Shown here: positions 10,030 through 23,089 of the stretch, piece after piece
Layout: the number at the start of each line of letters is the position of its first letter
Position numbering within the stretch: the first letter of the stretch is position 1
Origin: Octopus bimaculoides
Taxonomy: Eukaryota
Length of the DNA: 33,887 nucleotides
Assembly: GCF_001194135.2 (NCBI RefSeq)
Contig: NC_068986.1
Location: forward strand, 65,878,762-65,912,648
Direction of reading: 5' to 3'
Notes under the pieces: generated by a model
What the model was told of the DNA's origin: nothing
The model's database searches: none
Seen by the model: the letters and a program-made list of their open reading frames with translations, nothing else
Position numbers and translations under genes: made by a program

Positions 10030-12345
10030 TTACTTTCCACATCCGAAATTTTTTACAGTAAGGCTGGTGGTAAGAAACCCTCAAGAGTTTCTTTCTTATT
10101 CTCTAAGGGGGCCGAGCTGCATCCAGGTCATGACTCCTGGCGTTTTTGTCACTTGGATATTGGAAACTTGTGCATTTAAACCGCTTGGAGATTTCTTATA
10201 GTTTTAACTCCTCTCCATTGACTCAGCTTTCAAAATTCTACTAAAAGAAATAACGCTGGTTGTCATGGTAGTGAAACGTCAGCTCTCTCACGAGTTACTT
10301 CCCTTGGCATTACAATGCAAAAACATTGTGGCACTCATGGTTATCTAATTTGCCCTACTTCACTAGGTTCATATTCGAAGGCAGGAGATCATTGACAGAT
10401 TTGAGGGTAAAACTTATTCGAAGAGGTACCAGATCACATAAGTCGTTCCAGCTGTGACACTTCTGGAGTGCACCTATTTACGTCGTCCACTGGCCCTGTT
10501 GACTCTGCTGTACTGACTCCCAGATTCTTATCGCATCCTCTTTCTGTTTCACTTCCTGTAGAATCAGATCTCTCTTCATCCTTCCTCTGGCCTCTGATCA
10601 TTCTATTATTGTTACACCCAGTCCCTGCCTATTGGCCTGCATCTGTCTCGCTATTTCTTTGATCGTAAGGCTTTCTTTTGCTGCATCCACAGCCTGTCTT
10701 CAGCTTGGGCCGGATCGACATCACAACCTTATCTTTCGAATCGTCAAGCACGGTTAAGAGCCTTGCTTTTACGGCTTTGTATTTCTTACGATGGACCTGG
10801 AAGATAACTTCTACTGCTAACATACACAGTACAGGAGATATTGCACAGTCCATTGTTATGCCCACTTCCATACTGACCTAAGTGGTTGTGTACTCTTTGG
10901 TAGAGGAACTCTTAGAGAAACCTCAAAAATATTTCTTCAAAAATTTCTCAGATGTTCTTTGCAACGTGATACATCTCAAGAACTAGCTGAATAATCTTGT
11001 TTGGGACTGAACCGTAGGCATTCGCCAAATCGAACCATACCACATCAAGATCTGTTTTTTCTACTTCAGCTCTTTGGATTGCCTCACAAACCATTGAGGC
11101 ATGTTCTACACAATCCAACATTCCAGCGATGCTTCCCTGATGAACTGACATATTTAAGTACTTAATTTCTGTGAAATATTTAGTTAACCTTGCTGCCATA
11201 GCAGAGACCCTTTTTCCATTTACCTTTAGAAGATATTGGCCTAAACTGGCTGTTGTCGTTTGAGTTCTACTCTTTCGGAATGTATACTCCTTCGGCTCTT
11301 ATCTATTGGTCGCTGATCTTCAAGTTCTTCTATGTTGACCTTATTAATTTGTGGAGCCACTCAAGGACAATGGATATTTCTTGTACAAGTAGGATATTCC
11401 GTTTGACCCCGGTGATGATTTGGCCCTGGCTTTCCTGACGACTTTCCTTACTTCGCCTAGTGTTGGTAGCCTATCATCGAACAATTCCCCTGACAGAGCG
11501 GGCCACACTACACTCTGGACTGAAAGTGATCTCACTCTGTGAGTCTGAATATATATCCCTAAGATGCTGCTCAAGAGCTTTTTTTCTAATGTGAGTATCT
11601 CGGGTTTTTGCTGCTCGAATAGTTTCCTGGCAAATTGGAAGAGGTCTGTGAAGAAGGAATCTCGAATCTTTTTTTTCTTCTACTTCTTTTTCTTACTTGT
11701 TGCTTCTGCTTTCCTGAGAGTATCCTGTCCTGCTTTAAGGTTCTTCAGATCTTTTCTAATCCTTGTTTCTTAAATGCCGAGGCAACATTCAACTGTTTCT
11801 TTAGGTCACTTTTACTCTACTGAATGTTATCCATCTCTACCTGGCGTCTGGATTTCTGGGGAGGTGATTTCATTTTTTATTCTTTTACTCCACAGGCGCC
11901 TCTGCAGATTGAATAAACAATGTCTCCGAGTGTGGCTAGCTGGTGTTCTTAAGTGCTCTTCCCTATGAATACATTCAGTTTCTAGACTATGACTCCCATT
12001 CTTCTTTTGCACTCAGAGGTAGCAAGGTAAATTTACAGCGTCTGCTCTCAAGAGTGTGTACAACTTTCTCGTCTGAATCAACAGAAAGGATGCCCTTGGC
12101 AGTGTGGTTTGACTGTTGGCCTTGGTTCTCCGACCCTCTTATTGTTAAAGCAATGCACTGCAGATCATTCAACACAGTCCTTGCATATCCCTTTTCAGAC
12201 CTGAGGGTTTTCATGCCGCGCAAAGTGGACAATCTCCTTCCACAAACAGATAGGAATTCCATTTGTCCTGTATTCGTAGTCCGATGTGGATTCTTGGTCA
12301 TAAGGATTATTTTACCAACGGATTGATCATTCTCTCGCACTTTCG
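10030..12345 (-). mobile_element. HERO-like (R2-group, RLE-type) non-LTR retrotransposon relic, internally deleted and heavily disabled
   Basis: Collinear minus-strand remnants: SVCGRRLSTLRGMK (Zn-finger-like); RDSFFTDLFQFARKLFEQQK; PTLGEVRKVVRKARAKSSPGSNGISY; SVHQGSIAGMLDCVEH...VVWFDLANAYGSVP (RT); GITMDCAISPVLCMLAVEV; KAVKARLLTVL..SKDKVV..IRPKLKTG; QQSQQGQWT...PLRISFTLKSVNDLLPSNMNLVK. The YxDD and RLE segments are not seen. Boundaries are approximate. Confidence 0.85.
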
Positions 12346-12611
12346 GTGAATCCTAGGAACATCTTTCATTGTTGGAACTCGCAGCCTTACAATAATAATG
12401 ACAAATCCAGGAGCTTACCCTCAGAGCCTGTGTGTCTAGTCTTTGCGAATGTCATCCGCGGTCTTTCCCGCACGTCAATGCTCTTGTCACGTATCAGTGG
12501 TATGGAACTCTCAGGAGAGCTGAACAACAGAAAGTCAGTCTTCACAGACGAAACCCACCTCACGCACGTGTTTTCGCCCTTAACTACTTACACTCTAATC
12601 ATACTAAATAT

Positions 12612-12674
12612 TTGTATGCGTGTATGTGTGTGTATATATGTGTTTACATGTATGTATGTATATGTATATGTATT

Positions 12675-12727
<53 letters not shown>

Positions 12728-12792
12728 ATGTATGTATGTATGTATGGGTATGTATATATATATATGTGTGTGTGTGTGTATATATATATAAT
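12612..12792. repeat. Compound (TG)n/(TATG)n/(TA)n microsatellite
   Basis: Directly visible. Confidence 0.95.
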
Positions 12793-13270
12793 GATATATG
12801 GCCTGTTATGTAATGACGTGGTAGAAGCTATGAGGAGAATATCCTACCAACATTCTGAGTATATATTCGTAAGTATGTATGTATTTGATTACTATTTCTA
12901 ACAAGTCGCACAACTGCGTAGAGTCTCCTTTGTTTCATACTACTTACACCAAAATCAGGAGATGAGTTCAAATAGCTGGAACTTTCTTCAATTCCACGGG
13001 CGCTTACCTACTACTCTGTCTATAATATATGAAGCCACTCATAAGGAGAAAATATTTCCTGATATTAGATCCTTTGGGATAAGTTCAAAATGAATATGAC
13101 TCACCAATTTTTGATATGCTAGGTGAACATTTAGACCTGTATGTATGTATTTATGTATGTACGTATGTATGTACGTATGTATGTACGTGTGTATGCATGT
13201 ATATATATATATATATATTATATATATATGTTTATGTATGTATATGTATGTATATGTTTATGTTTATGTG

Positions 13271-13272
13271 TT

Positions 13273-13324
<52 letters not shown>

Positions 13325-13325
13325 C
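13271..13325. repeat. (GATA)n microsatellite
   Basis: Directly visible, following a (TATG)/(TA) block from about 13135. Confidence 0.95.
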
Positions 13326-13644
13326 ATCCCCCCATACATATATACACACATGCTAACCAATCAATGGAAGAAAAGGGAAGTTGTCACCTACTGCTAGATG
13401 CAGGCCTTTATTACGCAGCAGGGGACCACCTCGCGTGCCAACACCTTACCATGGAGTAGAGTGGTAAATAAATGTAAGGACATCGATTTCATAAATAATA
13501 GATAAGTCTTCATAGAAAACTTGAATGCATTTTCTTTCATTGTGGTGTATTCATGTTAACATCCTTTTCATTGGGTTCTCTGAATCCCTAAATGGTTGTA
13601 ATGGCAACACTCAACACAAATCTAATATTCAGATCATTTCTAAC

Positions 13645-13820
13645 TTAGTCACTGTGAGTTCAAGTCCGGGCTGTTAATCTACACCTGTTATGTCCAGCAG
13701 CTGTAACAGTGGTGACCAGCTATCGAAGCTATGAGATGTTATTGATTAACCCCCAAGTCATCTTCATCGAATCAGACCAGTGACAAAAGGCGTTCAAATT
13801 CCGGGTGTCCCGTCTTTATA
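13645..13820 (+). mobile_element. Decayed tRNA-derived SINE fragment
   Basis: B-box-like GAGTTCAAGTCC near 13657, and a tail similar to 440-520. Confidence 0.45.
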
Positions 13821-14709
13821 TAAATCGGAAACTATCTTGTTCAGTGTATCCTTTATTATATAAAACGTGGTTTATTTTGATTGAGATTCGGCTGCTATTT
13901 CTAGCATGTCAAGAGATCACGTAGCTTTGGATTACCAATGCTGTTACATTTGGGATCTGATTAAGAACTACCTGATACATCACTTTAGTTGATAAGAACT
14001 ACCTGGCGCTTATCGCTTAAACGAAGATATTCTGTTAGAACAAACTATACTGTGGTAGATACCATGAGAGAAACTCTCATATTAGCTTTTGGTACAAAAT
14101 GCACTCTTGTTTATATCACTAGCAGGGAGATAAGTCTGGTGGTCTCTCCAGTGCCGAGACCACCATGTGATTTCGACCTTCCTTGGTCTAGTCAATGATG
14201 AACGCTTGACCGCTAGAGATAGTGAATATACAGACACTAACAATGCACTTTAGCTGTGTCCATCAATCAGATGTATTTCTGCCATATAACTTATCTCAAC
14301 AGTCTACTCGGCCACTGCTTTTGCTGGGGTTTCTTTTATGTGCGTGTGTGTGTGTTTAGAGGATGAATGTGAAAATGCCAGTCTATTATACAAGTAATTG
14401 AACTCAATAAAAGCTTCCTCATTTTTATAGTATTGCTGCCACTACTTGTAACTATAAATACTGGTGATTATTTAAAAGTGACATATCATTTTGTGATATT
14501 TTTCCAAAGGTCTAATTATTAGTTCACTAAATTTCCGGTGGCGAGAGTAACAAGGAAATGTCTGTGTAACTCGGGCGAAACAAATACCAAAATGTTAATT
14601 TTTCTGAATGCACAGGTTTATCGTTATTCTGACCAACAGTTAAATTGTTGATGTAACCTTGAAGTTACAAACATCCATACTATTTCCGTCTACCAACTAT
14701 GTCTTACTA

Positions 14710-14835
14710 GTCATTCCTCAACTCGAGGCTGAGGCAGAAGAGATTTGCTTAAAATGCTGTGCAGTGGGATTGAGTCAAGAATCCCGCTTTAGTTGCTAAA
14801 CTAACTTCACATTCACACAACCATGCCTACCTTGT
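14710..14835 (-). mobile_element. Decayed 5' part of SINE family B
   Basis: The reverse complement (AGGCATGGTTGTGTG...ACTCAATCCCACTGCACAGCATTTTAAGCAAATCTCTTC) parallels 32644-32750. Confidence 0.55.
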
Positions 14836-15809
14836 TCCTATACGTTTATTTATTAATATTCTATAATTTAGTGTGTAGCGTGCTTCACCGAAGCCGAATT
14901 TTTTCCATGTTGTAATACATGAACATAAGAAACTTCTGTGATGCAATAACGTGACATTACTAGCTACGAAGAGATATTACAATACGACGATACAGCATAC
15001 TGAATTGTTAAACCTTCTCTTTATAATACGTAGAAAGTTCATAGATTAATACTGAGTCATATTTCTATGCAAACTTCCACGCTGTAAGTCGGCAATATCG
15101 CGATATACTGACACGAATGTCACATGGTTACAAACGTAAAATATATGGCATTTTGGAGTAAGCAAACAAGAAGAAATAGAAATCATTTAGTAGAGAATTA
15201 AATAATATTCTTGTTTCTTTCTTTCTTGGGTCAACTAATTTTTCAGGCTTAATGTAAACAACTTCTTTCGAAACCTGGCCTATGCAGAAGACAGCAATTC
15301 AATATGTAGATGTTTACTTGAGGAAAATATTACTTGAATTTGCTAACTTTCACTTTTGGTATTATCTGTCACCAAAACGAATGAAATATGTCTATTCAAG
15401 CAATATATAAAGCAAATATAGTGGAATTGCTGTAGCAATAAATTTAGAAACCAAATGTAACTCATTACTAATGGGAAATATTGCATAGAAGAAAAATAGT
15501 TATTCCGTTTCTCTTCTCTTTTCTACAGCCATTATTCAAATATTTTATAATGTTCGCTTAAAGTCTCCGTTAGCAGACTTGTGTTTGGATACCGGTTTTA
15601 TAAACGAAAGATAGGTGGTTCGTATCCAGTCGTCATTCTTGACCGCGATAAAGATTTATTTCTCAATGCTCCGTTTTCACCTAATCAATACGCATAGACT
15701 ATTATTATTACTGTTTAATTAATGAGTGCTTTGCTATTTTGTACTATGATTTTGTTAGATTTTAGTATGTGATCCAATAGCAAATATATCAGGAAATTTA
15801 GGACCTTCC

Positions 15810-16200
15810 ATCATGAAAATAATAGAGGCACGGCTGAGAAGTATAAAAATGGAATGATTTCCCGTGATATCCAAATGCCCATAAACAAAGATAAACAGTG
15901 TCGAGTGTATTGCACTGATATCTTCAGTGCTGTAGACTTACTGGTGTAGTCTACCAAAGAGACAATAATAAAGAGAAAATAATAATATGCGGAATAATTA
16001 TATAAAGATTTTAAACTCTCAAGAAAAATACAAATATATGGAAATAGAAATATTGGAGATGTAGATACAAGAGCAGCCACTTAATTACAGAGCTATTGGG
16101 AATAGTGAGATCTGATACAAAGCAGTAAATCGGAGAACTGCCGGGTAAACCTTTCATGTATGAAATCAGAAGTCTTTGGAATAGCACGTATTCTGTAAAA
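15810..16200 (+). pseudogene. Decayed RLE endonuclease C-terminus of an R4/Dong-like retrotransposon
   Basis: A mosaic across frames reads MPINKDKQ, QEKYKYMEIEILEM*, LLGIVRSDTKQ*IGELPGKPFMYEI and GIARIL. The last two parallel IPGNPKMAEVQK...GTAHIL at 3-104. Confidence 0.55.
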
Positions 16201-16398
16201 AAAAAGTTGTTTTTTTTTTTTAAAGGAAATTAAATTTATCTTCTATTTCTCTTCAGGCTTCTGTCTATTTCAGGAAATTTTCTGAGCACTGTTTTTGTGC
16301 AGCAGGGCAAGATAGTAATAATAGCATTTTCTAGCTTAAATACAAAATCAGACAGTAAACCGATTATATGGTATGTGTGAGTGTGTGTGTGCGTGTCT

Positions 16399-16501
<103 letters not shown>

Positions 16502-16721
16502 ACAATAACAATTGACTCATTGGTATGCATGTATAGACGTTTATGTATGTACATTTAAATGTACATATATGTATTCATGTATTTATGTTTATTTATTTAT
16601 GTATATCTATATATGTTAAAGTATGCATGCATATGCATATGTATGTGAGTTTTTATGATTTTTTTATGTTTTTCTATGTTTACATTTGGATATTGTAAAT
16701 TAACTTTATGAACTTTGTAAA

Positions 16722-16850
16722 TCTCTGAAGCGGCCTAGGGAATCATACATGTACCTCTATTTCATCCATTTTATCTATCAATTACTCCAGCTTACTGGAG
16801 TTATATAGACAGAATGAGGCATGTCACCCTAGACTGAAACAGCTGTAAGA
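16722..16850 (+). ncRNA. Type I hammerhead ribozyme motif HHR-2 with a 104-nt stem II (core variant A9C, probably a decayed copy)
   Basis: Reads TCT-CTGAAGC-GGCCTAGGG(86 nt)CCCTAGACT-GAAA-CAGCTG-TA^AGA. Stem III is the palindrome ACAGCTGT (16839-16846). Inner stem II pairings are ACATG/CATGT, CCTC/GAGG, TCTAT/ATAGA and ACTCCAG-ctta-CTGGAGT. Confidence 0.75.
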
Positions 16851-19844
16851 CATTGTCCCTTCTTCGGTTACTAGATGTCCTTTTTAATTTCTAATTACTG
16901 ATATTGTTTTTATTGTCCTCTTAGTTGAAAAATAAACAGGTAAATTGACATAATACAATGTCTGCAAGTTGAAGAGTACCACATATTCCCCTCCATTTTC
17001 TTATTGTTATATATATAGGGCTTCCACACAATTTCCGCTTAGCAAATTCAATCAACACACGCACATATATATATATATCGGAATAGCTTATCCACATAAG
17101 TTAGATTTTCTTTGTTTCGATTTCATTAGCAGGAAAACTGAATTTTGGAAGCAGTTCTCACTTCTTTACTGAAACAATTGAAGAACAATTTAAGCATGGA
17201 AATTCCAATGATGAGAGTTATTTCGAAATGATCTAAAAATATTCACATAAACACAAAAGATTCATAAGTACCGGATAAATATGGTTCCATATTGTTTTTC
17301 AATTCTCGTATTGTTTTGTTAGTCTCGAATGGGAAAATTTGAAAAAAATTACGTTTCATTTTGTGTTGATAAAAACGATGGAGAAAAGCATTGTAATGGT
17401 GATCGCTACCGTGCGGGCAGGTGGGGAAATCCATGGATTTATATTGATTTCAATTTTTTTCTTTAAGAAAAGGCTCTCCTATTATCGTTTTTAAGTGCGT
17501 AGTCCTTCAAGATTATTCATACTTCAGTTGTCTGAAGAAAGAGAACATCATAGAAACTTCGTATCAGTATGGCATTATTAGAAAGATAATCCATTTTCTT
17601 CCCCACTCCTGATTGCTGGAGTCATGGCTGCTTAGCAAAAATACCTGCTTCAATAACTGATGCTCACAAAAACCAACTAAATAATCATTGAACATGTAAC
17701 TGAAAACAGACTGATTGTCGTATCAATATCAAAGAGATTATTTTAAGGAGGCTTCCTTTCTGTCTTCTCTTTATTGTGACGCTAAAGCCATTGTTATTTG
17801 TTTTACAAAGAGTCAGTGTTTATGCGTCAGGGCCTACAACAGTAAGAGACACCAAGTTTAATCATAATTCCATCGAGAAATATTTAGTAATGTTTTCAGC
17901 TGATATACAAAAATGTATTGTACAGAGATTCTGCAAACAAAGAATGACCAAAACATGGTATGTCAGACTTCTTAAATATGGCAATCGGAGATTTCCCTTT
18001 TGCACAAAGACAACATTCTATAATGCATTTGAGGTAACAGTACTCATACCAAAATTTAGAATTATTGACTGGTCTATAGAGAAAAACGGCTCCATCGATA
18101 TTAAAATTCATAGGATCTTGATATCAGCTGGAAGCTTCCACAAAAGTAGTCTTAAGGACGGGGCAGATGTTTAAGATCAATGCAGACAGCCTTTGAGTGT
18201 TGTATGGGATCACTTAAAATGCTTGTGCTAAAGAAACAGCACTAAAGATAAGATACGCCCAAATACTCAAAAGGTAAAGAGAATCATATCCAACTCAAGA
18301 ATTACTTCCTTATAACTTTCTATGTAACCCCATTCAACAGAGAGGAAAACACTCTATACATCAAAAATTGTTATGCATTGGTATGTTTCCCATAAATTTG
18401 AAGATGTGTCCAGCATCGACAAAATGTGTAGTCATGTAGTCTCTCTTGGACTCGGACACGTTGCACCACATCACATTTCGAAAGCTATGTCATAATCTAA
18501 GAGCAGGAAATAGCTACAAGAAACTTAGATAAATAAATAGTCAGTGAAGCCCTTAAACCCACAAGATGCAACAGAATCTCTTCTTTTCTTTTTCTTTTCA
18601 AAATCAGTGAGATTATTTACAGACAACTACTTCAAAACCTACAATTTCGCTACCTTGATTTTACATTTATATCTAAAATTAATTCGTACCTATATAGTTT
18701 ATATCTATAATTATAGATAATAAATGTGGGTTTATATCCACTTTGGCTGTGTTAGTAACTATCTAAGTTTCAATTTCAAAATGATGGGGTGCTTTCAGAA
18801 AAAGTTGTTATCATTTCGCAGATCCCACAACCCAGTGCGTAGCTAATACACACTTCACAAATACAATTTATAGACGAAACAGTAAAAATATACAAGACCT
18901 TTTCTAAAGTTCGACTTGTAACTTTTCACCGTTGTTATCTAAATGCAAGTAATGGAGCTTTGTTTCGTTCTTAATAGCCAGTTCCTTTATAGGAAGACTT
19001 CAAATATTAAAAAAGATGATAAAAATCGTCAACGACATATTCAATGCTGATCGAGGTTGATGTGGAGAAGAAAGAAAAACTACGCATATCAAACAAAAGT
19101 TTCTGAAAAAATTCGCTTATGTGAAACTTCTAATTTCTTTCTTGCTTAATTAAACTGAAACACAAGCTTTAAAGTAACTGAAGGCCAAGAGTAGTAACAG
19201 AATGAATTGTTTTTTCCTTTGTATCTCTGTATTACATTTAAATATTATACTGTTGTAGAAACTTGTTTACATGGAATTTTGTTTATTTGCGACCTTAGTC
19301 AGAAAATAATTGGCGCATTCAACCTCTGATTAATAATTTAAATTTTGCCTTCCTTTTTTTCTTTTTGTTATTCAATTATTTGGCTTTCTCTACAGAATTA
19401 GATATTACAGTCATTATTCACTGGCAGATTGGTTTGTAGCTTCGAATGGAAGTAGATTTGTTAACCCTAATTGACTTATGCAGTAATTAAACTTACACAA
19501 TAATTAGAAATACTTTGAGAAGAATCCATATTTTGCTAATTTATATATTTAAAAAAAATCTCATTAAGAAGCCTCTCTAGAGAGAAAAAAGTATATTTTT
19601 CATATAAAACAGGAAAATTATACTTAACATACAAATTCATTAATGATTAGCTAAAACCAAGAAGCGGATTTCATTCACCATACTGAATTCTCTCTCAACA
19701 GTCTGAGGTTTGAAATCATATAAAGTTGATTGTATGTTATTAATTCACTTATTGATTTCGTGTATTCATTAAACATACAATTAAATTCAAGAATAACACA
19801 GTGTAATGTTTTTATGATTTAATTTGAACGAGGATGATGAGAAG

Positions 19845-20095
19845 TTAGAACGGTAAAGCGGTGGGTTAATGGCTTTGCATATTTAGTCATGCAGCTCCAT
19901 ATTTTGAGTTCAAATCGCGCTGCCGATTTCGCTCGTCGCTCCGAGATTAATAATATAAGTATCGATCCGCCGAGATCGACTTTGCCTTTCATCCTTTCGA
20001 AGTCGATGAAATAAGTACCAGTTGAATATTTGGGTCGATGCACTCTACTACTCACTCTCCGCCAAATTCCAGGTTTTGTGCTTATAGTAGAAATT
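19845..20095 (+). mobile_element. SINE family A copy with an internal insertion/duplication
   Basis: Contains TTTTGAGTTCAAATC (B box), CCGCCGAGATCGACTTTGCCTTTCATCCTTTCG and ATAAGTACCAGTTGA. Confidence 0.75.
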
Positions 20096-22112
20096 AATGT
20101 AAGCATCAGTCAAATCCTAGAATCAATCGGATTGATTATATTCTCTTCTCAATCCTTGTGCTTATGTCAGAAATCATTATTCTGCAAGAAATAGAATAAC
20201 TCTATCGTTTTCATCCCTTACAAGACTGCGACATATGGGAAACTAGGCTGGGTTAAAGTGCTTCGATTGAAGAGAAAACTTAAGAAGCAATGTATATCTG
20301 TAGAAAATGCTTCGCGTATAGATTTTTGGATAGAGTCTTGAGATTGATACGTATTGCATGTGAGGAGACACATCTCAACGATGGTCCAGAAATTACAGGC
20401 GACGAACTTTACTACATACCATGCAAAATATGTATATACTTGATAGATACACCACTTCAGATGCTCCGTATAGGGCATTGAAAAGACTAATATTGGTGTG
20501 GTAATGAAGAAAATCCTTGAGTGAAATTTGATCTGAATTTTCACTGCAGAATTCGTCAAATATTTCTCTGAAAGATATTTTATGTAGGTAGTGAGGTTCA
20601 CTGGAATTTATTCAAGTTTTGTGATGTTAAAATCGGAATATCGAGCTCTTACAATGATATTCTCATCTTTCGCAATATTTGGAGTCGGCTCAGTAAGCTA
20701 AAAAGAAAGTAGTCAATATGATTTGATGAAATGGATAACTGAAAGTTGTGTTACGCGTATACACAACACACTTTCGAATGTTGCTCAGCGCGTAAGAAAT
20801 AACAGTGAAATCTCTTTAAATCATACTCCAGCTTTTTTTTAGATATATCATTCCTTAAAAGAAGGAATAGTATAACCACAAACGTCGGAATCATCATGGT
20901 TGAAATGGTTTATCTCAAAAGTCAATCATGACTTCCAAGAGTTAAGCATCAACAACGTAATCATTACTGAATGAGAACCATTTGCTGTTCAATTTGTAGT
21001 TTAGCATTTTAATAAGTTGAATAGATGAGCCTGTTTTAAAGTGAGAAGATTTGATCAGGGCAATAAATAATTTCTGACAAATTTCGGTTTTTGTCCATTT
21101 CTACGTATGACAAAGTTTATCTTTCCTGTATTTTTACTTCCTAACCATAGCAATAAACGGTGGAGTCCATATCATGAGCAACTGGATTACTTAGCAGTTA
21201 TTAAATGGAATGCTATTAAATATTATAAATACATAAACACCACTGATTTCAGTCTGTAAACTACGTTAAAGCTATACTTATCGGTATCTAGTAGTGATGT
21301 GTTATTGCAACCGAGTTACAGGACAACAATAGGTCCTTACGAAATCATATTACCTTGATTATAAAAAAATATCACTATTACTAATGTGTAATTACTTCTG
21401 TTAGTGAGCACCACTAAAGAAATTCATTCATGTGCTATAATTATGGCTATCGATGAATTAGTTGCTAAGAGATTCTGAAAAACAATTTAAATTCTCTTGC
21501 GGAAGCTAATATATATTTAAGATGATAGCTACAAGAAAAATGAATCAAGGAACCCCTCGGTGATTTTAATATCACCAGGACAAAGCAGAGCATTTATATA
21601 AATTAATACATTGTTACTTTTGTAATTGAAAGAGCTGTGTTTCACAACATATATGATTTGTCGATCTGAACGTGCGTGACCTACTAACAATCTTATAATA
21701 ATTTAAACATATGCTATCTAGAAGAAAACGATTACAAGTAACGTTGTACAAGTTTTAACTACAGGATTTATACAAATCTTTAGTGGTTTACTGTCACCTT
21801 CTCTAAGTAAAAGAAAATACTAAAGTTTTTCCCCAAAGATTCAGGAGCTATTCCTGACAGACAGAAGAACTGAGGCATATGTCGCTTCAGAAACAAAATG
21901 AAGTGCTTCAAGCAAATTTTATTGCATGATTTATGAGCGGGTAAGCCGTTACTGAACCCACTCGGCTCCGTCACACTTCTCAAACCTAAGGGCTTCCAGG
22001 TGCTCATGTATTGGACAGGACTTTAAACGGAAATAAAATTTTGCGTATAACTTCTTTTCCCGAAAACCATTTCAAAATGCATTTATCATATAATAGGTAT
22101 ACGCACACTCAC

Positions 22113-22168
<56 letters not shown>

Positions 22169-22469
22169 AATGTACGTATGTATGTATGTATATTATTNNN
22201 NNNNNNNNNNNNNNNNNNNNNNNNNNNNNNNNNNNNNNNNNNNNNNNNNNNNNNNNNNNNNNNNNNNNNNNNNNNNNNNNNNNNNNNNNNNNNNNNNNNN
22301 NNNNNNNNNNNNNNNNNNNNNNNNNNNNNNNNNNNNNNNNNNNNNNNNNNNNNNNNNNNNNNNNNNNNNNNNNNNNNNNNNNNNNNNNNNNNNNNNNNNN
22401 NNTATATATATATATATATATATATTAAGCAATTTCCTTCTATAGTTTTACTGAAGTTAACGAATAACA

Positions 22470-22800
22470 AGCATCATTTCATTAAGAAGATAAATGTTCA
22501 GCGTCGTGATTAACGAGATGTGGTCATGTGATTCTGAGAACACCTTGTAGGCTACCGATAACAATAATAATATCGATAAAGCTATTTCCTTTGTACAGAA
22601 CCACCATAATTTCGCGCCTTCAATCCTAATGGACAGACCCATCTTTCCAGTATATTTTTATAACAATGGTGATAATAGATTTCTTGCAGCCACTTCGGCG
22701 TACATCTACATCTCAGATGCAATACCATATTTCCCAGATGACCTTCTAAAACTAGTTTGTTTATTGCCTTGTTAATCTCATTATATATATCTTCGCAGAT
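22470..22800 (-). pseudogene. Decayed RT N-terminal fragment of an APE-type LINE (RTE-like)
   Basis: A frameshifted mosaic reads EINKAINKL..RSSGKYGIASEM, YWKDGSVH*D*RREIMVVLYKG and LLSVAYKVFS, matching LINE RT domains 0-1. Confidence 0.55.
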
Positions 22801-23089
22801 GACAATGAAATTAATACCATGCATACTTGCACAAACAGCCCCCACACACATTCACACACGCATAACACACGTGTGTATACATGCGTGTTGATATACAGAA
22901 CTAGATATATAAGTGCAAACACAAGTACCTACTTTCGTATACACACACTTTCAACATTGTCGCATACGTAGGACCTTACATATTCACAGTTTTGTCCCCG
23001 CCTGACATCTCCGTTATTATAGTCTTGTGCCTATGTAGTTCTGTATATGAGAAGTTTGATTTAAATGTATAATGTATATCGTAAGTTCG

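Noticed and set aside
12520-12560. GACGAAAC in the HERO 5' region as a ribozyme
   Set aside because: There is no correctly placed CTGANGA, and no HDV-like pseudoknot could be built by eye.
15811-16080. Hydrophobic 89-aa minus-strand ORF resembling a membrane protein
   Set aside because: It is the antisense of a decayed RLE domain in AT-rich DNA, and the hydrophobicity is compositional.
17532-17570. CTGAAGA...GAAAC-TTC-GTA hammerhead-like string
   Set aside because: Neither stem II nor stem I can pair, so it is a chance match.
20180-20560. Possible RTE-type RT C-terminal remnant or exon (ORFs 20290-20481 and 20218-20601)
   Set aside because: Only faint spacing resemblance; no motif is strong enough to support a call.
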